A stretch of 44,102 bases of DNA, taken from contig JADFTO010000001.1 of the NCBI GenBank assembly GCA_022560215.1, forward strand, positions 1 through 44,102. Direction: 5' to 3'. Positions 10,156 through 21,200 of this stretch are shown here, in pieces (positions within the stretch are counted from its first letter, which is position 1; every line of letters starts with the position of its first letter). This DNA comes from Pseudomonadota bacterium (lineage in GTDB: Bacteria; Pseudomonadota; Alphaproteobacteria; Rhodospirillales; 2-02-FULL-58-16). The notes beneath the pieces are model-generated. The model saw nothing but the letters and a program-made list of their open reading frames with translations. It ran no database searches and was not told the DNA's origin. Position numbers and translations under genes: made by a program.

Positions 10156-11193
10156 TCAGCGAGGCAATGACTTCACTTCTTTGTCCCACTTGGTCAGCAG
10201 GCGCTTGCGCTCGGCGGACGAGCCGTACTTGGCGAAATCGTAATCGATCAGCTTGATCTGCTTCATGTCCGGCGCCTCCGGCGGCGGGGGGACGGCGGAG
10301 TTGGACGGCACCTGATAGGCCTTCGCCTGAGGCATCAGCCTCTGGGCCGCCGGGCTCAACGCCCAATCAACCCATTTCTTGGCGCTGTCCAAGTTGCGGG
10401 CGCCCTTGATGATGCTCATGGAGCCGATCTCGTAGCCGGTTCCCTCGCACGGCGCCACGGCCACGATGGGGCGGCCCTTGATGATCTGGGTCGTCACATC
10501 GTGGAGGAAGGTGATGCCGATGGTGGTCTCGCCCCGGGCCGCCGCCTTGATGGGGGCGGAGCCGGACTTGGTGTACTGGTTGATGTTCTTGTGCATTTTC
10601 TTCAACAAGTCGAAGCCGCCCTCCTCGCCGAACAGCTGGACCATGGTGGCGAGCGTCGTATAGGACGTCCCCGACGAGTTGGGATTGGCGATCTGGACCT
10701 CACCCTTGTAGACGGGCTTGATCAGGTCGTTCCAGCATTTGGGAACGGGCAGGCCCTTCTTGGCCAGGAGTTCCGTGTTGTAGCCGAAGCCCAAGGCACC
10801 CATGTAAATGCCGACGGTCTTGTAGTTCGCCTGCTTGGCCTGCTTTTGCGCCCACGGGTGCAGGTCCTTCAACAGGGGGGACTTGTACTCGATGGTCAGG
10901 CCTTCCTCGGCGGCCTGCAGGTGGGGGTCGCCGGTGCCGCCCCACCAGACGTCGCCCTTCGGGTTCTTGCGCTCGGCCTTGATCTGGGCGAAGGTCTCGC
11001 CGGAGCTCTTGCGGGTCATCGCCACCTTGATCCCGGTGGCCTTCTGGAACTCCTTGATCACCAGCTGGCACCATTCGATCTGGGGGCTGCAATAGAGTGT
11101 CATTTTGCCGGCCGCCTTGGCGCCGGTGCCCGCCGCGATGGTCATTGCCGCGGCGAGAAGGGACAAGCCGAAGATTCTTGATGCGGTCGTCAT
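10156..11193 (-). CDS. Periplasmic substrate-binding protein (family 1, Fe3+/polyamine/thiamine-type)
   Basis: Start moved to MTTASRIFGLSLLAAAMTIAAGTGAKA (signal peptide) with a GGGAGGA RBS 5 nt upstream. The mature part is typical of FbpA/PotD-like SBPs. Ligand not assignable. Confidence 0.8.
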   Translation of the reverse strand: MTTASRIFGLSLLAAAMTIAAGTGAKAAGKMTLYCSPQIEWCQLVIKEFQKATGIKVAMTRKSSGETFAQIKAERKNPKGDVWWGGTGDPHLQAAEEGLTIEYKSPLLKDLHPWAQKQAKQANYKTVGIYMGALGFGYNTELLAKKGLPVPKCWNDLIKPVYKGEVQIANPNSSGTSYTTLATMVQLFGEEGGFDLLKKMHKNINQYTKSGSAPIKAAARGETTIGITFLHDVTTQIIKGRPIVAVAPCEGTGYEIGSMSIIKGARNLDSAKKWVDWALSPAAQRLMPQAKAYQVPSNSAVPPPPEAPDMKQIKLIDYDFAKYGSSAERKRLLTKWDKEVKSLPR

Positions 11194-11465
11194 GTGTTCC
11201 TCCCTTGGGGTGAGCCGGGTATGAAAATCCCGGCTCAAATTTCAAAATATTCGACTAAGGAAGCCCCATGACTCCTTGCGTTTGGGGGAGCAACGGGACT
11301 CCCAAGACTCATTATAAGCACGGTGTATCGAATAATCCTAGTTCCTATCTCAGGCGCCCGTATTCGCCCGGGAACGCGCCTCAGGCTCCCTTAGGCCCGC
11401 CCCCGGTCGGCGCACGCCGGCCCTCCCGGCCCCGGCCGCCGTCCCCCGGATCTCTCGATGGGGCT

Positions 11466-12254
11466 TTAGTCGTAGGCGCCCATGACGTTCTGGTCGTAGT
11501 CGATCAGGGCGCCGGTCATGATGCCTGATTCGGGCCCGAGCAGGAACAGGGTCAAGCGGGCCACGTCGTCGGGCTTGACCAGGCGTCCGAAGGGCTGCTC
11601 GGACTCGGCCCGGACCAGCCAGTCGTCCGGCTTGCCCTCGGCGATCTGCACCTTGTGTTCGTTGGGCGTGTCGGCCCAACCCATGTTGACCCCGTTCACC
11701 CGGATGCGGTCGGCACGCACGGCATGGGCCACGTTCTTGGTGAGGGTGGCGAGCGCCCCCTTGGAGGCGGAATAGGCGCTGATGAAAGGCTGCCCGCCGT
11801 GGCTGGACATGGTGATGATGTTGACGATGGCGCCGGCAATGGCGTCCCGGCGCATGAGGGCGATGGCATCCTGCATGAGGAAGAACGGCGCCCGCGCGTT
11901 GACCGCGAACATGCGGTCCCAGAGCTCGACGCTGGTATCCTCGATGGTGCCGCGGTCGGTCATGCCGGCCGCGTTCACCAGGCCGTCCAGGCGGCCGAAG
12001 CGCTTGTCGCAGGCGGCGATCACGGCACGGCAGTCATCGATTTCCACCAGGTCCGCGCGCAGGTATTCGCAGTCCGCCCCTTCCCCTTCCACGGCGGCCT
12101 TGACGCGGCCGCCGGCCTCTTCGTTCCTGCCGCAGATGAGCACCCCCCTGGCGCCGGCGCGGGCAAGTGCTACTGCCACCTCCGCCCCGATTCCCTGGGT
12201 CGAGCCCGTGACCACGTAGACGCGGCCGGAGAACCCCGCTGTGCGCTCGCCCAT
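11466..12254 (-). CDS. Short-chain dehydrogenase/reductase (SDR)
   Basis: TGSTQGIG cofactor motif, NAAG, S...YSASK catalytic motif. Last gene of the beta-oxidation operon, 19 nt after fadE. Confidence 0.85.
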   Translation of the reverse strand: MGERTAGFSGRVYVVTGSTQGIGAEVAVALARAGARGVLICGRNEEAGGRVKAAVEGEGADCEYLRADLVEIDDCRAVIAACDKRFGRLDGLVNAAGMTDRGTIEDTSVELWDRMFAVNARAPFFLMQDAIALMRRDAIAGAIVNIITMSSHGGQPFISAYSASKGALATLTKNVAHAVRADRIRVNGVNMGWADTPNEHKVQIAEGKPDDWLVRAESEQPFGRLVKPDDVARLTLFLLGPESGIMTGALIDYDQNVMGAYD

Positions 12255-12273
12255 GGCTTCTGGCCTCTCGGAA

Positions 12274-14694
12274 TCAGCCCTTCAGGGAACGATAGGTCTC
12301 GGGCTCGAACACGTCCACCTGTATGACGTCGGTGCGGATCTCGTCCCATTCCTTCAGCACCCGGCGCTCGCCTTCGTCGATGACGCCCTGGGCATAAGCG
12401 GCCTCGGCGAGGGCCTCTTCGGGGGCCTGCGCCAGGGTCCCGTCGCGCACGGCCCGGCGCAGCTTGTCCCTGACGGGCAGCGCCTCCATGGCCTTGTCCA
12501 GGGCCGCCTCCAGCCGGCCCAGCCCGGGCTCGCCGGGGGGCGGGACGTAGATGTCGGCGGTCAGGTGCAGGCGCAGCTCGCCGTCCTCCAGCAGGCCGGC
12601 CGCGACGCGGGCGCCGAGGTCGTCGGCGGGCGGGCGCATGGCGCGCCCCAGGGGGAAGACCAGCGGCCTCAATATCCAGGACGCGGCCCGGCTGGGAAGG
12701 TTGTCGATGACGCCGCCCAGCGCCTCCTGCACCTGCCACAGCGCGTGGTCCAGGGACCACTGGAGGAGCGCCCTGTCCCGCTCGGGCCGGCCCTCGTCGT
12801 GGAAGCGCTTGAGGGCGGCGGAGCCGAGATACATCCAGGCCAGGGCGTCGGCCATGCGGCCGCTGATCTTCTCGCGCCGCTTGAGGGAGCCGCCGAGGGT
12901 CGCCAGCGCCGTGTCCGAGACCAGGGCGAAGGCGGCGCTGAAGCGCGTCAGGAGGCGATAATAACGGGCTTCCGGCCCCTGCACGGGAGCCGCCGCCACC
13001 CTGCCCCCGGTCAGGGCCAGGAACAGGGAGCGGACGGCGTTCCTGAAAACGAAGTTCACGTGCCCGAAAAAGGCCAGATCGAAGCGGGCCAGGTCCCCGC
13101 TTTGGACGGCCTCCATCTCGTCGCGGACGAAGGGATGGGAGCGGATGGCCCCTTGCCCGTAGATGATCAGCGTGCGGGTCAGGATGTTGGCGCCTTCCAC
13201 CGTGATGCCGATGGGAATGCCGACATAGGCGCCCCCGACGATGTTCCTGGGCCCCCGGCAGATGGCCGCCCCGGCGAGCACGTCCATGGCGTCGTTGATG
13301 ATGGCGCGCATGTTTTCCGTCAGGTAGGCCTTGACGATGGCGGACAGCACGGCGGGTTTTTCGCCCGCGTCCACGGCGCCGCAGGTGAGGATCCTGGCGG
13401 CGTTCATGAAGTACGCCCCGGCGGCGGTGCGGGCCAGGGGCTCCTCGATGCCCTCGAAGCGGCCGATGGGCATGTTGAACTGCTCGCGCACGGTGCCGTA
13501 GGCGCCGATCACCCGGGTCGCGAGCTGGACGGCGCCCACCGACAGCGACGGCAGCGAGATCGCCCGGCCCTCCGCCAGGCTTTCCATGAGCATGCGCCAG
13601 CCCTGGCCGATCCCAGCCTTGCCGCCGATGACGGCGTCGATGGGCACGAACACGTCGGTACCGAATATGGGGCCGTTGGGAAAGGGGATGCCCATGGGAT
13701 CGTGATACCTGCCGATGTCTATCCCCGGCAGGCCGGGCGGGATCAGGGCGCAGGTGATGCCGAGATCCTCCTCGCCGCCCAGGAGCCCGTCGGGATCGAG
13801 CATGCGGAAGGAGAGGCCGATGACGGTGGCGACCGGAGCCAGGGTGATGTAGCGCTTCTCCCAGTTGAGGCGGATGCCGATGACTTCCTTGCCTTCGTAT
13901 GTGTCCCGGCAGACGACGCCCGTGCTCCGGGTGGCCGCCGCGTCGCTGCCGGCCTCCGGTTCGGTGAGGGCGAAGCACGGGATGTCCTCGCCGCTCGCCA
14001 GGCGGGGCAGGTAGTGTTTCTTCTGCTCGTCCGTCCCGTAGTGCAACAGCAGTTCCCCCGGCCCCAGCGAGTTGGGAACCATGACGATGACGGCGGCGGC
14101 GAGGCTGCGGCTGGAGATCTTGGTGACCACGGCGGAGTGCGCGATGGCCGAATAACCGCGCCCGCCGTATTCCTCGGGGATGGTGAGGCCGAAGAAGCGC
14201 TGCTCTTTCAGAAACTCCCAGGCGTCGGGCGGCAGGTCCCGATCCTGGGCGATCTTCCAGTCGTCTATCATGGCGCAGAATTCCTCGACCGGTCCGTCGA
14301 GGAAGGCGCGTTCGGACTCCGACAGGGGCTGGGGCCGGAAGTCGAGCAGCTTCCGCCAATCCGGATCGCCGGAAAACATCTCCCCGTCCCACCACACCGT
14401 GCCCGCCTCCAGGGCGATGCGCTCGGTGTCGCCGATGCTGGGAAGGGCCTTGCCCACCAAGCCCAGAATCAGCTTGGAAACCACCAGCCGGCGAATGGGA
14501 GGAACGCCGAACAGCAGCGCCATGGCGGCGGCGATCACGGCCACGGCGATGAAGGACGGCCAGGCCTCGACGCCGGCGGCCGACCAGGCGAGCAGGCAGG
14601 CCGCGGCCAGCGCCACCCAGGCCCAGAACCCGCGGCCGGCGTAAAGCAGCCCGATGAAAAGAAGCGCCCCGATGGCGACGATGAGTATGGGCAT
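12274..14694 (-). CDS. fadE: Large membrane-anchored acyl-CoA dehydrogenase (FadE type, 806 aa)
   Basis: Start placed at MPILIVAIGALLFIGLLYAG (hydrophobic N-terminus, GGGAGA RBS), not at the 989-aa ORF start that overlaps the upstream gene. The acyl-CoA dehydrogenase core and long C-terminal extension are as in FadE. Confidence 0.85.
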   Translation of the reverse strand: MPILIVAIGALLFIGLLYAGRGFWAWVALAAACLLAWSAAGVEAWPSFIAVAVIAAAMALLFGVPPIRRLVVSKLILGLVGKALPSIGDTERIALEAGTVWWDGEMFSGDPDWRKLLDFRPQPLSESERAFLDGPVEEFCAMIDDWKIAQDRDLPPDAWEFLKEQRFFGLTIPEEYGGRGYSAIAHSAVVTKISSRSLAAAVIVMVPNSLGPGELLLHYGTDEQKKHYLPRLASGEDIPCFALTEPEAGSDAAATRSTGVVCRDTYEGKEVIGIRLNWEKRYITLAPVATVIGLSFRMLDPDGLLGGEEDLGITCALIPPGLPGIDIGRYHDPMGIPFPNGPIFGTDVFVPIDAVIGGKAGIGQGWRMLMESLAEGRAISLPSLSVGAVQLATRVIGAYGTVREQFNMPIGRFEGIEEPLARTAAGAYFMNAARILTCGAVDAGEKPAVLSAIVKAYLTENMRAIINDAMDVLAGAAICRGPRNIVGGAYVGIPIGITVEGANILTRTLIIYGQGAIRSHPFVRDEMEAVQSGDLARFDLAFFGHVNFVFRNAVRSLFLALTGGRVAAAPVQGPEARYYRLLTRFSAAFALVSDTALATLGGSLKRREKISGRMADALAWMYLGSAALKRFHDEGRPERDRALLQWSLDHALWQVQEALGGVIDNLPSRAASWILRPLVFPLGRAMRPPADDLGARVAAGLLEDGELRLHLTADIYVPPPGEPGLGRLEAALDKAMEALPVRDKLRRAVRDGTLAQAPEEALAEAAYAQGVIDEGERRVLKEWDEIRTDVIQVDVFEPETYRSLKG

Positions 14695-14726
14695 CTCGAA
14701 TGTCTCCCGGTTCCTGGTCTCCCGTT

Positions 14727-17054
14727 TCAGTTCCTCAGCGGCTTGCCGGTTTTCAGCATGTGCTTGACCCGCGCGATGGTGGCGGGGGTGCGTACCAGTT
14801 TGGCGATGGCCGCGCGCTCCAGCGCCAGCAGGTCGTCTTCGGCGAGGGTCTCGGTGGAGTCCGTATCCCCGCCGCTCAAGACCCCGGCCAGGACGCCCGC
14901 CACCACTGCGTCGTGGGGCGTCGCCAGCCCGCGCAAGCGGAATCCCCTGACCGCCATGTCCAGGGCCACCTTGGCGGACGGGCCGGGCAGGGAGATTTCC
15001 CGGGGCCCGGGCGGGGCGTAGCCGTCCACCAGGGCCAGGGCCCTGGCCTTGGCGTCGGCCAGCAGGCGGTCCCGGTTCATGGTGATGCCGTCGCTGGGCC
15101 TGAGGATCAGGAAGTCCCGGGCCTCGGCCGCCGACTTGGCCACGCTGGCCATGCTCAGCATCTCGAAGACCTTGGTCACCGGGGGCATGGGGCCGCCGGG
15201 GCGGTCGGGCGAGGCATCCCAGCGCATGAGCATTTCCTTGCATCCCCCCCAGGCCGGCACGATGCCGACGGCGGTCTCCACCAGGCCGGCGTAGGTCTCG
15301 GCGTGGGCCTGGACGGCGTCCGAGTGGAGGAGCACTTCGCAGCCGCCGCCGAGCGCCAGCCCAGAGGGCGCGGCGACCACCGGGAAGGGGGCGTATTTAA
15401 GGGCCATGAAGGCCTTTTGCCCGAACCAGATCAAAAGCCGGATCAAGAACCAGGCCTTGACCATGGCCGGGACCACCACCAGGCCCAGGTTGGCGCCGAC
15501 GGAAAAGTTGCTGCCCTCGTTATAGATCACCAGCGCCTTGTGGTCCCGGCCGACGATCTTCACGGCCTTCAGGATCATGGCGATGATGCCGGGGCCGATG
15601 GAATTCATCTTGGAATGGAACTCCAGGCAGCACACCCCGTCGCCCGCGTCCCACAGGCTGGCGGCCCAGTTCCGCGCCAGCGGCCTGGTCCCGGCCTTGA
15701 TATCGGCGAGCAGGAGCACGCCCTCGGGCCTGGTCACGTCGGCATAGGCCAGATCGACGCCGAGGTGCTGGAGCCGCCCTGCCCGGGTGCGGTAGAAGGA
15801 CTCGGCCCCGGCCGCCGCCAGCAGGTCCGGCACGGCCTGGCCATCGGCCGCCAGGCGCTCGGCGAACCAGGCGGGGCCGATCTTGTCCATGAGCTCGAAG
15901 GGCCCGGATTTCCAGTTGTAGCCGAGGCGCATGGCCTCGTCGACGGCGACGATGTCGTCGGCGATCTCCGGCACCAGGGAGGCGGCGTAGGCCAACGTCC
16001 TGGACATCACCCGCCAGGCGTAGCGTCCGCCCTTGTCGGGATGCTCCAGCAGCGCCCGCGGCCCCCCCTTGCGGGCCGCCGCTACGCTCGCCAGCTTGGG
16101 CTTGGCGGCGGCCTGGTAGGCGCGGGAATCCAAGTCCATGGCCTCCTTCACGCGCTCGCCGGAATCCACCTTCAGCCGGTAGAAGCCCCCCTTGCCCTTG
16201 CGGCCCGTATAGCCGTCGGCGATCATCGCCCGGATCAGTTCGGGATCGCGGTTGACGGCGTGGAAGTCGTCGCCGTCGGGCAGGGCCTGGGCCAGGCTGT
16301 CCAGGATATGGGGCATGAGGTCGAGGCCCACCAGGTCGAGCAGGCCGAAGACGCCGGTCTTGGGGAAGCCCATCGGCCTGCCCAGGACCGCGTCCGCCTC
16401 CTCGATGGAAACGCCCCCGTCCATGGCCTCGATGACGGCGCATTGCAGCCAGTAGATGCCGATGCGGTTGGCGATGAACCCCGGCGTGTCCTTGCATTTG
16501 ACGACGCCCTTGCCGAGGCGGACGTCGGCGAACTCGCGGACGGCGGCGGCGGCATCGGCACGTGTGTCGGGGCCCGTGACCAGCTCCAGGAGGCGCATGT
16601 AGCGGGGCGGGTTGAAGAAATGCGCGATCAGGAAATCCCGGGCGAAGCGTTCCCCCAGGCCCCGGGTCAGGCGGGCCAGGGGAATGGTGGATGTGTTGGA
16701 CGAGACGATGGAGCCAGGCTTCCTCGCCTCCTCGATTTTTCGGTAGAGGGATTGCTTGATCTCCAGGTTCTCGGCCACGGCCTCGATGATCCAGTCGCAG
16801 CCCGACAACTGACCGATGTGGTCGTCCACGTTGCCGGGCGTGATCAGGCCGGCGTTGCTTTTGTGCATGAAGGGGGCGGGATCGGCCTTGATAAGCTTTT
16901 CCACCGCCCCCTTGGCGATGGCGTCCCTGTCGTCGCCCTCGTCCGGCACCCGGTCGAGGAGCAGGACGGGGACGCCGGCGTTGGTCACGTGGGCGGCGAT
17001 GCCCGCGCCCATGACGCCGGCGCCGATGACGGCGACCCGGTTCATGGCCGCCAT
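14727..17054 (-). CDS. Bifunctional 3-hydroxyacyl-CoA dehydrogenase / enoyl-CoA hydratase (HADH N-terminal, crotonase C-terminal, 775 aa)
   Basis: VAVIGAGVMGAGIA Rossmann motif at the N-terminus and a crotonase-like ALGGGCEVLLH region in the C-terminal half. The start abuts the thiolase stop (TAGATG). Confidence 0.85.
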   Translation of the reverse strand: MAAMNRVAVIGAGVMGAGIAAHVTNAGVPVLLLDRVPDEGDDRDAIAKGAVEKLIKADPAPFMHKSNAGLITPGNVDDHIGQLSGCDWIIEAVAENLEIKQSLYRKIEEARKPGSIVSSNTSTIPLARLTRGLGERFARDFLIAHFFNPPRYMRLLELVTGPDTRADAAAAVREFADVRLGKGVVKCKDTPGFIANRIGIYWLQCAVIEAMDGGVSIEEADAVLGRPMGFPKTGVFGLLDLVGLDLMPHILDSLAQALPDGDDFHAVNRDPELIRAMIADGYTGRKGKGGFYRLKVDSGERVKEAMDLDSRAYQAAAKPKLASVAAARKGGPRALLEHPDKGGRYAWRVMSRTLAYAASLVPEIADDIVAVDEAMRLGYNWKSGPFELMDKIGPAWFAERLAADGQAVPDLLAAAGAESFYRTRAGRLQHLGVDLAYADVTRPEGVLLLADIKAGTRPLARNWAASLWDAGDGVCCLEFHSKMNSIGPGIIAMILKAVKIVGRDHKALVIYNEGSNFSVGANLGLVVVPAMVKAWFLIRLLIWFGQKAFMALKYAPFPVVAAPSGLALGGGCEVLLHSDAVQAHAETYAGLVETAVGIVPAWGGCKEMLMRWDASPDRPGGPMPPVTKVFEMLSMASVAKSAAEARDFLILRPSDGITMNRDRLLADAKARALALVDGYAPPGPREISLPGPSAKVALDMAVRGFRLRGLATPHDAVVAGVLAGVLSGGDTDSTETLAEDDLLALERAAIAKLVRTPATIARVKHMLKTGKPLRN

Positions 17055-18191
17055 CTAGACGGCCTCCAGGACGGTGGCGATGCCCTGGCCGCCGCCGATG
17101 CACTGGGTGGCCAGGGCGTAGCGGCCGCCGATGCGGACCAGGATGGCGGCGGCCTTGCCGGTGATGCGCGCCCCGCTGGCCCCCAGGGGATGGCCGATGG
17201 CGATGGCGCCGCCGTCGATGTTCACCTTGGCGGGGTCCAGGCCCAGCTCGTCAATGCAGACGATGGACTGGGAGGCGAAGGCCTCGTTCAGCTCCACCAC
17301 GTCCATGTCGGCGGGGGTGAGGCCGGCGCGCTCCAGGGCCTTGGACGAAGCGCCCACCGGGCCGATCCCCATGATCTCGGGCGCGCAACCGGCGACCGCC
17401 ATGCTCTTGACCCGCGCGATGGGCTTCAAGCCGTTGGCCTCGGCGTACTCCTGGCTGCAAACCAGGGTCGCCGCCGCCCCGTCGGTGAGCGGCGAAGACG
17501 TGCCCGCGGTGACCGTTCCCTTCTCGTCGAAGGCCGGCTTCAGCTCGGCCAGGGCTTCGGCGGTGGTATCGGGGCGGATGCAGCCATCCGTCTCCACTAA
17601 GGCTTTCTTATGGGCGATGGGGATGATCTCGTCGTCGAACAGGCCCTGACCCTGAGCCGCCGCCGCCTTGGCGTGGCTTTGCACCGCGAACTCTTCCTGG
17701 CGGGCGCGGGAGACATGGTATTTTTCGGCCACGTTCTCGGCGGTCTCCCCCATGGAAATGTAGGCCTGGGGATAGCTCTCGAAGAGGTCCGGGTCGGGCA
17801 GCGGGTTGAACCCCATCATCGGCACCCGGGTCATGGACTCGACGCCGGCGCAGATGAACACCTCGCCCGCGTTCATCGCGATGGCGCCCGCGGCCATGTG
17901 GATGGATTGCATGGACGAGCCGCAGAAGCGGTTGACCGTGGTGCCGGCGACGGAAATCGGCAGCTCGGCCTTGAAGACGACGAGGCGCGCCATGTTGAGC
18001 CCCTGCTCGCCCTCGGGGAGGGCGCAGCCGAGGATCAGGTCCTCTATGTCGGCCACGTTGACCCCGGTCTTCTCGACCAGCCCCCGGACCACCTGCGCGG
18101 CCAGCCCGTCCGGGCGCACCTTGACCAGGTCGCCCTTGTTGGCGGGCGTGAACGGGGACCTGACGTATCCTGCTATGACGATGTCTTTCAT
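17055..18191 (-). CDS. fadA: Acetyl-CoA C-acyltransferase (3-ketoacyl-CoA thiolase)
   Basis: 378 aa with NRFCGSS active-site Cys, NEAFA, and C-terminal GGGQG with Cys (QCIGGGQG). Confidence 0.9.
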   Translation of the reverse strand: MKDIVIAGYVRSPFTPANKGDLVKVRPDGLAAQVVRGLVEKTGVNVADIEDLILGCALPEGEQGLNMARLVVFKAELPISVAGTTVNRFCGSSMQSIHMAAGAIAMNAGEVFICAGVESMTRVPMMGFNPLPDPDLFESYPQAYISMGETAENVAEKYHVSRARQEEFAVQSHAKAAAAQGQGLFDDEIIPIAHKKALVETDGCIRPDTTAEALAELKPAFDEKGTVTAGTSSPLTDGAAATLVCSQEYAEANGLKPIARVKSMAVAGCAPEIMGIGPVGASSKALERAGLTPADMDVVELNEAFASQSIVCIDELGLDPAKVNIDGGAIAIGHPLGASGARITGKAAAILVRIGGRYALATQCIGGGQGIATVLEAV

Positions 18192-18220
18192 GTGTCTGTT
18201 CTCCGCTGGCGCCCGTGGCG

Positions 18221-21200
18221 TCAGGACGCCATGCTGGTCTCCTTGGGCGCTGTCTTCGGCGTCTCCCCGGGCCGATCCTGGCCCCTTTCCGAAGCCAGCT
18301 TCTTCTTGTCGGGCTTGCCGATCAGGGTCTTCGGAAGCTGGTCCCGGAACTCGATCTCGCCGGGGCGCTCGATGGGCGAGAGCTTGTCGTCGAGGAATTC
18401 CAGCAAGGCTCTAGCGCTTAAACTTTCGCCTTCCCTCACCTTGACGAAGGCCTTGGGGCTCTCGCCGCGGTAGGCGTCGGGCACGCCGATGACGGCCACC
18501 TCGGCCACGGCGGGATGGAGGCTGATGGCTTCCTCGACGATCCTCGGATAGACGTTGTATCCGCCGCAGAGGATCAGCTCCTTCAGCCGGTCGATGACGA
18601 ATACATACCCTTCACGATCCATGTATCCGATGTCGCCGGTATGCAGGCAGCCGTCGGGGAGCGTCTCGGCCGTTTCCTCTTCGTTGTTCCAGTAACCGGC
18701 CATGACCTGGGGCCCGATGACGCAGATTTCGCCATTCTCCCCTATCGGCACGGGCATGTCCCTATCTTTGAGGGAGTGAATTTCCACCACCGTCTGCGGC
18801 AGGGGGATGCCGATGGACCCTTCCTTCCGGGTGCCGCCGACCGGATTGCAGGCGACCACCGGGGAGGCCTCGCTGAGGCCGTAGCCCTCGACCAGGACGC
18901 AGCCGGTCAGTTGCTCGAAACGGTCCTTGATGTCCATGTGCAGGGGGGCGCCGCCCGAGATGCAGAACTTGATCGAGGAAAGGTCGTAGTCGTCCAGGTC
19001 GCGGCGTTCGTTGATGGCGGCGAAAATGGTGGGAACGCCGGGGAAGATCGTCGGCCGGTCGCCGTCGATGGTCTTCAGGACCTGACCAATCTCGAAACGC
19101 GGCAGCAGGATCAGCTCCGCCCCCGAGGCGATGCCGAGGTTCATGACCGTGGTCATGGCGAAGACGTGAAACAGCGGCAGCACGGCCAGGATCCGCTCCC
19201 GGCCCTGCTCCATCGCCGGGTACCAGAGGCGGACCTGCTCGGTGTTCGCCGAAAGATTGGCGTGGGTGAGCATGGCCGCCTTGGGCGTCCCCGTCGTGCC
19301 GCCGGTGAATTGGAGCACGGCCAGGTCCTGCCTGGGATCGATCTCCAGCCGCCCGACGTCGCCGTCGTTGGCGGTGAGTTCCTCGAAGGTGGTCAGCCGG
19401 GCGTCCTTGGGGATGGAGGCGATCTCGCTTCTTCTCAGCACCGAGAACAGGAGGCCCTTGACGGCGGGCAGGATGCCGCTCATCGGGCAGACGATCAGCC
19501 TTTTCAGCCCTGTGCGCTCCAACAGGCGGGCCACCTTCGGGTAGATCTGCTTCAAGTCGAGCGTGACCATGATCTCGGTCCCGGAATCCTCGATCTGCTG
19601 GATCAGCTCCCTCTCGACGTAGAGGGGATTGTAATTGACCACGGTGCCGCCGGCCTTGAGGATGGCGTAATAGCAGATCACGAAGTATGGCGTGTTGGGC
19701 AGGCATAACCCGACCCTCGTCCCCTTGCCGACGCCGAGGTCCTGGAACCCCTTGGCGGCCCTGTCCACCAGTTCGCCCACCTCCCGGTAGGTATAGCCCT
19801 TGCCGAGAAAGTCCAGGCACGGCCTTTCCGCGAAAAGGCGGGCCGATTCGTCCATCAGGGAATGGACGGTCCTGTCCCGGATCGGCTCGGCCCAGTTCAG
19901 GCCCTGGGGATAGTAGGGCAGCCACGGGTGGACGGGCTCGGCTTCCGGCAGGAAGGCGTCCGCCCCGATGACGATCCTGGGGGCCTCGACCGGAGCCGTT
20001 GGGACGAGCGAGCGGATGAAACCGGCGACCAGCTCCTGGCTGCCGCCGATGTCTTCGTTCAAAATGCCGTGGCGGTCCGAGGCCACCATGTGGAGGGTTT
20101 TTTGCCCGCTCCCCAGCCTGTCCCGGATCCTCTCCCCGCTTTTCGGATTGACCACCTGGTCCCCCGTGCCTTGCAGGATGGTGACCGGGCATTGGACATC
20201 CCCCAGCCGGCGCTTGAGCTCGTCGGCCATGAGGCGAATCTCGTAGAGCCCGCGCACGGGCATGTTCCGGTAGTTGATGTCGGGGTGCTCCGAATCGTTC
20301 GCTCGAAAGGGCATCACGCCCTCGAAGGAGGACACCCAGCGGACCAGCTTGTTGGCGCCGTGGATCAGGGGCACGAAAACCAGGTTCCTGTTGCGGAACT
20401 TGAGCGGCGCCGAGACGGCCGCCACGCCGGCGAGCCTGTCGGGCTTCTCGGCGGCCAGAATGAGGGACAGCGCCCCGCCAGTGGAAAACCCGACCAGGCA
20501 AATGCGCTCGGCGAACGCCTGCATGATGCGATAGCCGCGGCGGACGGAATCCAGCCAGTCCCGCCAGCTTCGGCCCCTCAGGTCCCAGGGCGACGTGCCG
20601 TGGCCCTTGAGGCGGACGCCGATCACCGGATAGCCCTCGGCCCTCAGTTTTTCGGCGAAGCCGCGGAGTTCGGCGGGAGAGGCGAGGAACCCGTGCACCA
20701 TGACGATGCCCAGCCCCTTGGGATTCTCAGGCAGGAACAGGTAGGGCTCGGCGTTTGCCGTGGCCGTCTCCTGGTCGTTGATGTTCTTGTACTGGGCAAG
20801 CGAGAAAAACCGCTTGTTCCAGGAAAAGGCGGCCATCTCGTCGTCGAACAGCAAATGCGCCAGGGCCTTGTCGTCCCGTTTCGAGGCGTCTTCCATGGCC
20901 CGCCGGACCGCGCGCCGGGCGGCTGCCACGGGGGCGACCTCGTTGGCGTAGACGAGGATGAAATTCTCCAGGCGCACTTCGTGGAACGAGTGCTCTTCCA
21001 GCATCTTGGGCATGAACCGGTAGCCTTCCGCGCCCCTCTTCACGAGGCCGGATTCCGTCGCCGTCTTCAGGAACTGCTCGAGACCCGGGGAGCGGCCGTC
21101 CAACACGCCGTCGTAACCGGCGGGCACCTCCAGGCTGCGATGGAGGTGGATGGAGGGCTCCTGCCGCGCGTACTTGATCGCCAGGTAGAGGGTCCTGTGG

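Noticed and set aside
11194-11330. Long (~110 nt) leader of the ABC importer, with a TATAAT at 11316-11311 (minus strand), a hairpin GAGCCGGG...CCCGGCTC (11212-11236) and a 4-codon mini-ORF; considered as a riboswitch, Fur box or attenuator
   Set aside because: I could not recognise any known riboswitch core (for example the TPP CTGAGA element) or a Fur/Irr-like box. The -35 is poor and there is no U-tract after the hairpin. The evidence is too weak to call.
12170-17600. Very long ORFs overlapping the fad genes on either strand or in other frames (12170..14395-, 12241..15021+ 926 aa, 14700..17600+ 966 aa, 15520..17103-)
   Set aside because: Their products are Arg/Gly/Pro/Ala-rich, low-complexity and without motifs. 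They lie antisense or out of frame to ORFs with clear FadE, HADH/ECH and thiolase signatures. These are typical spurious open frames of GC-rich DNA.
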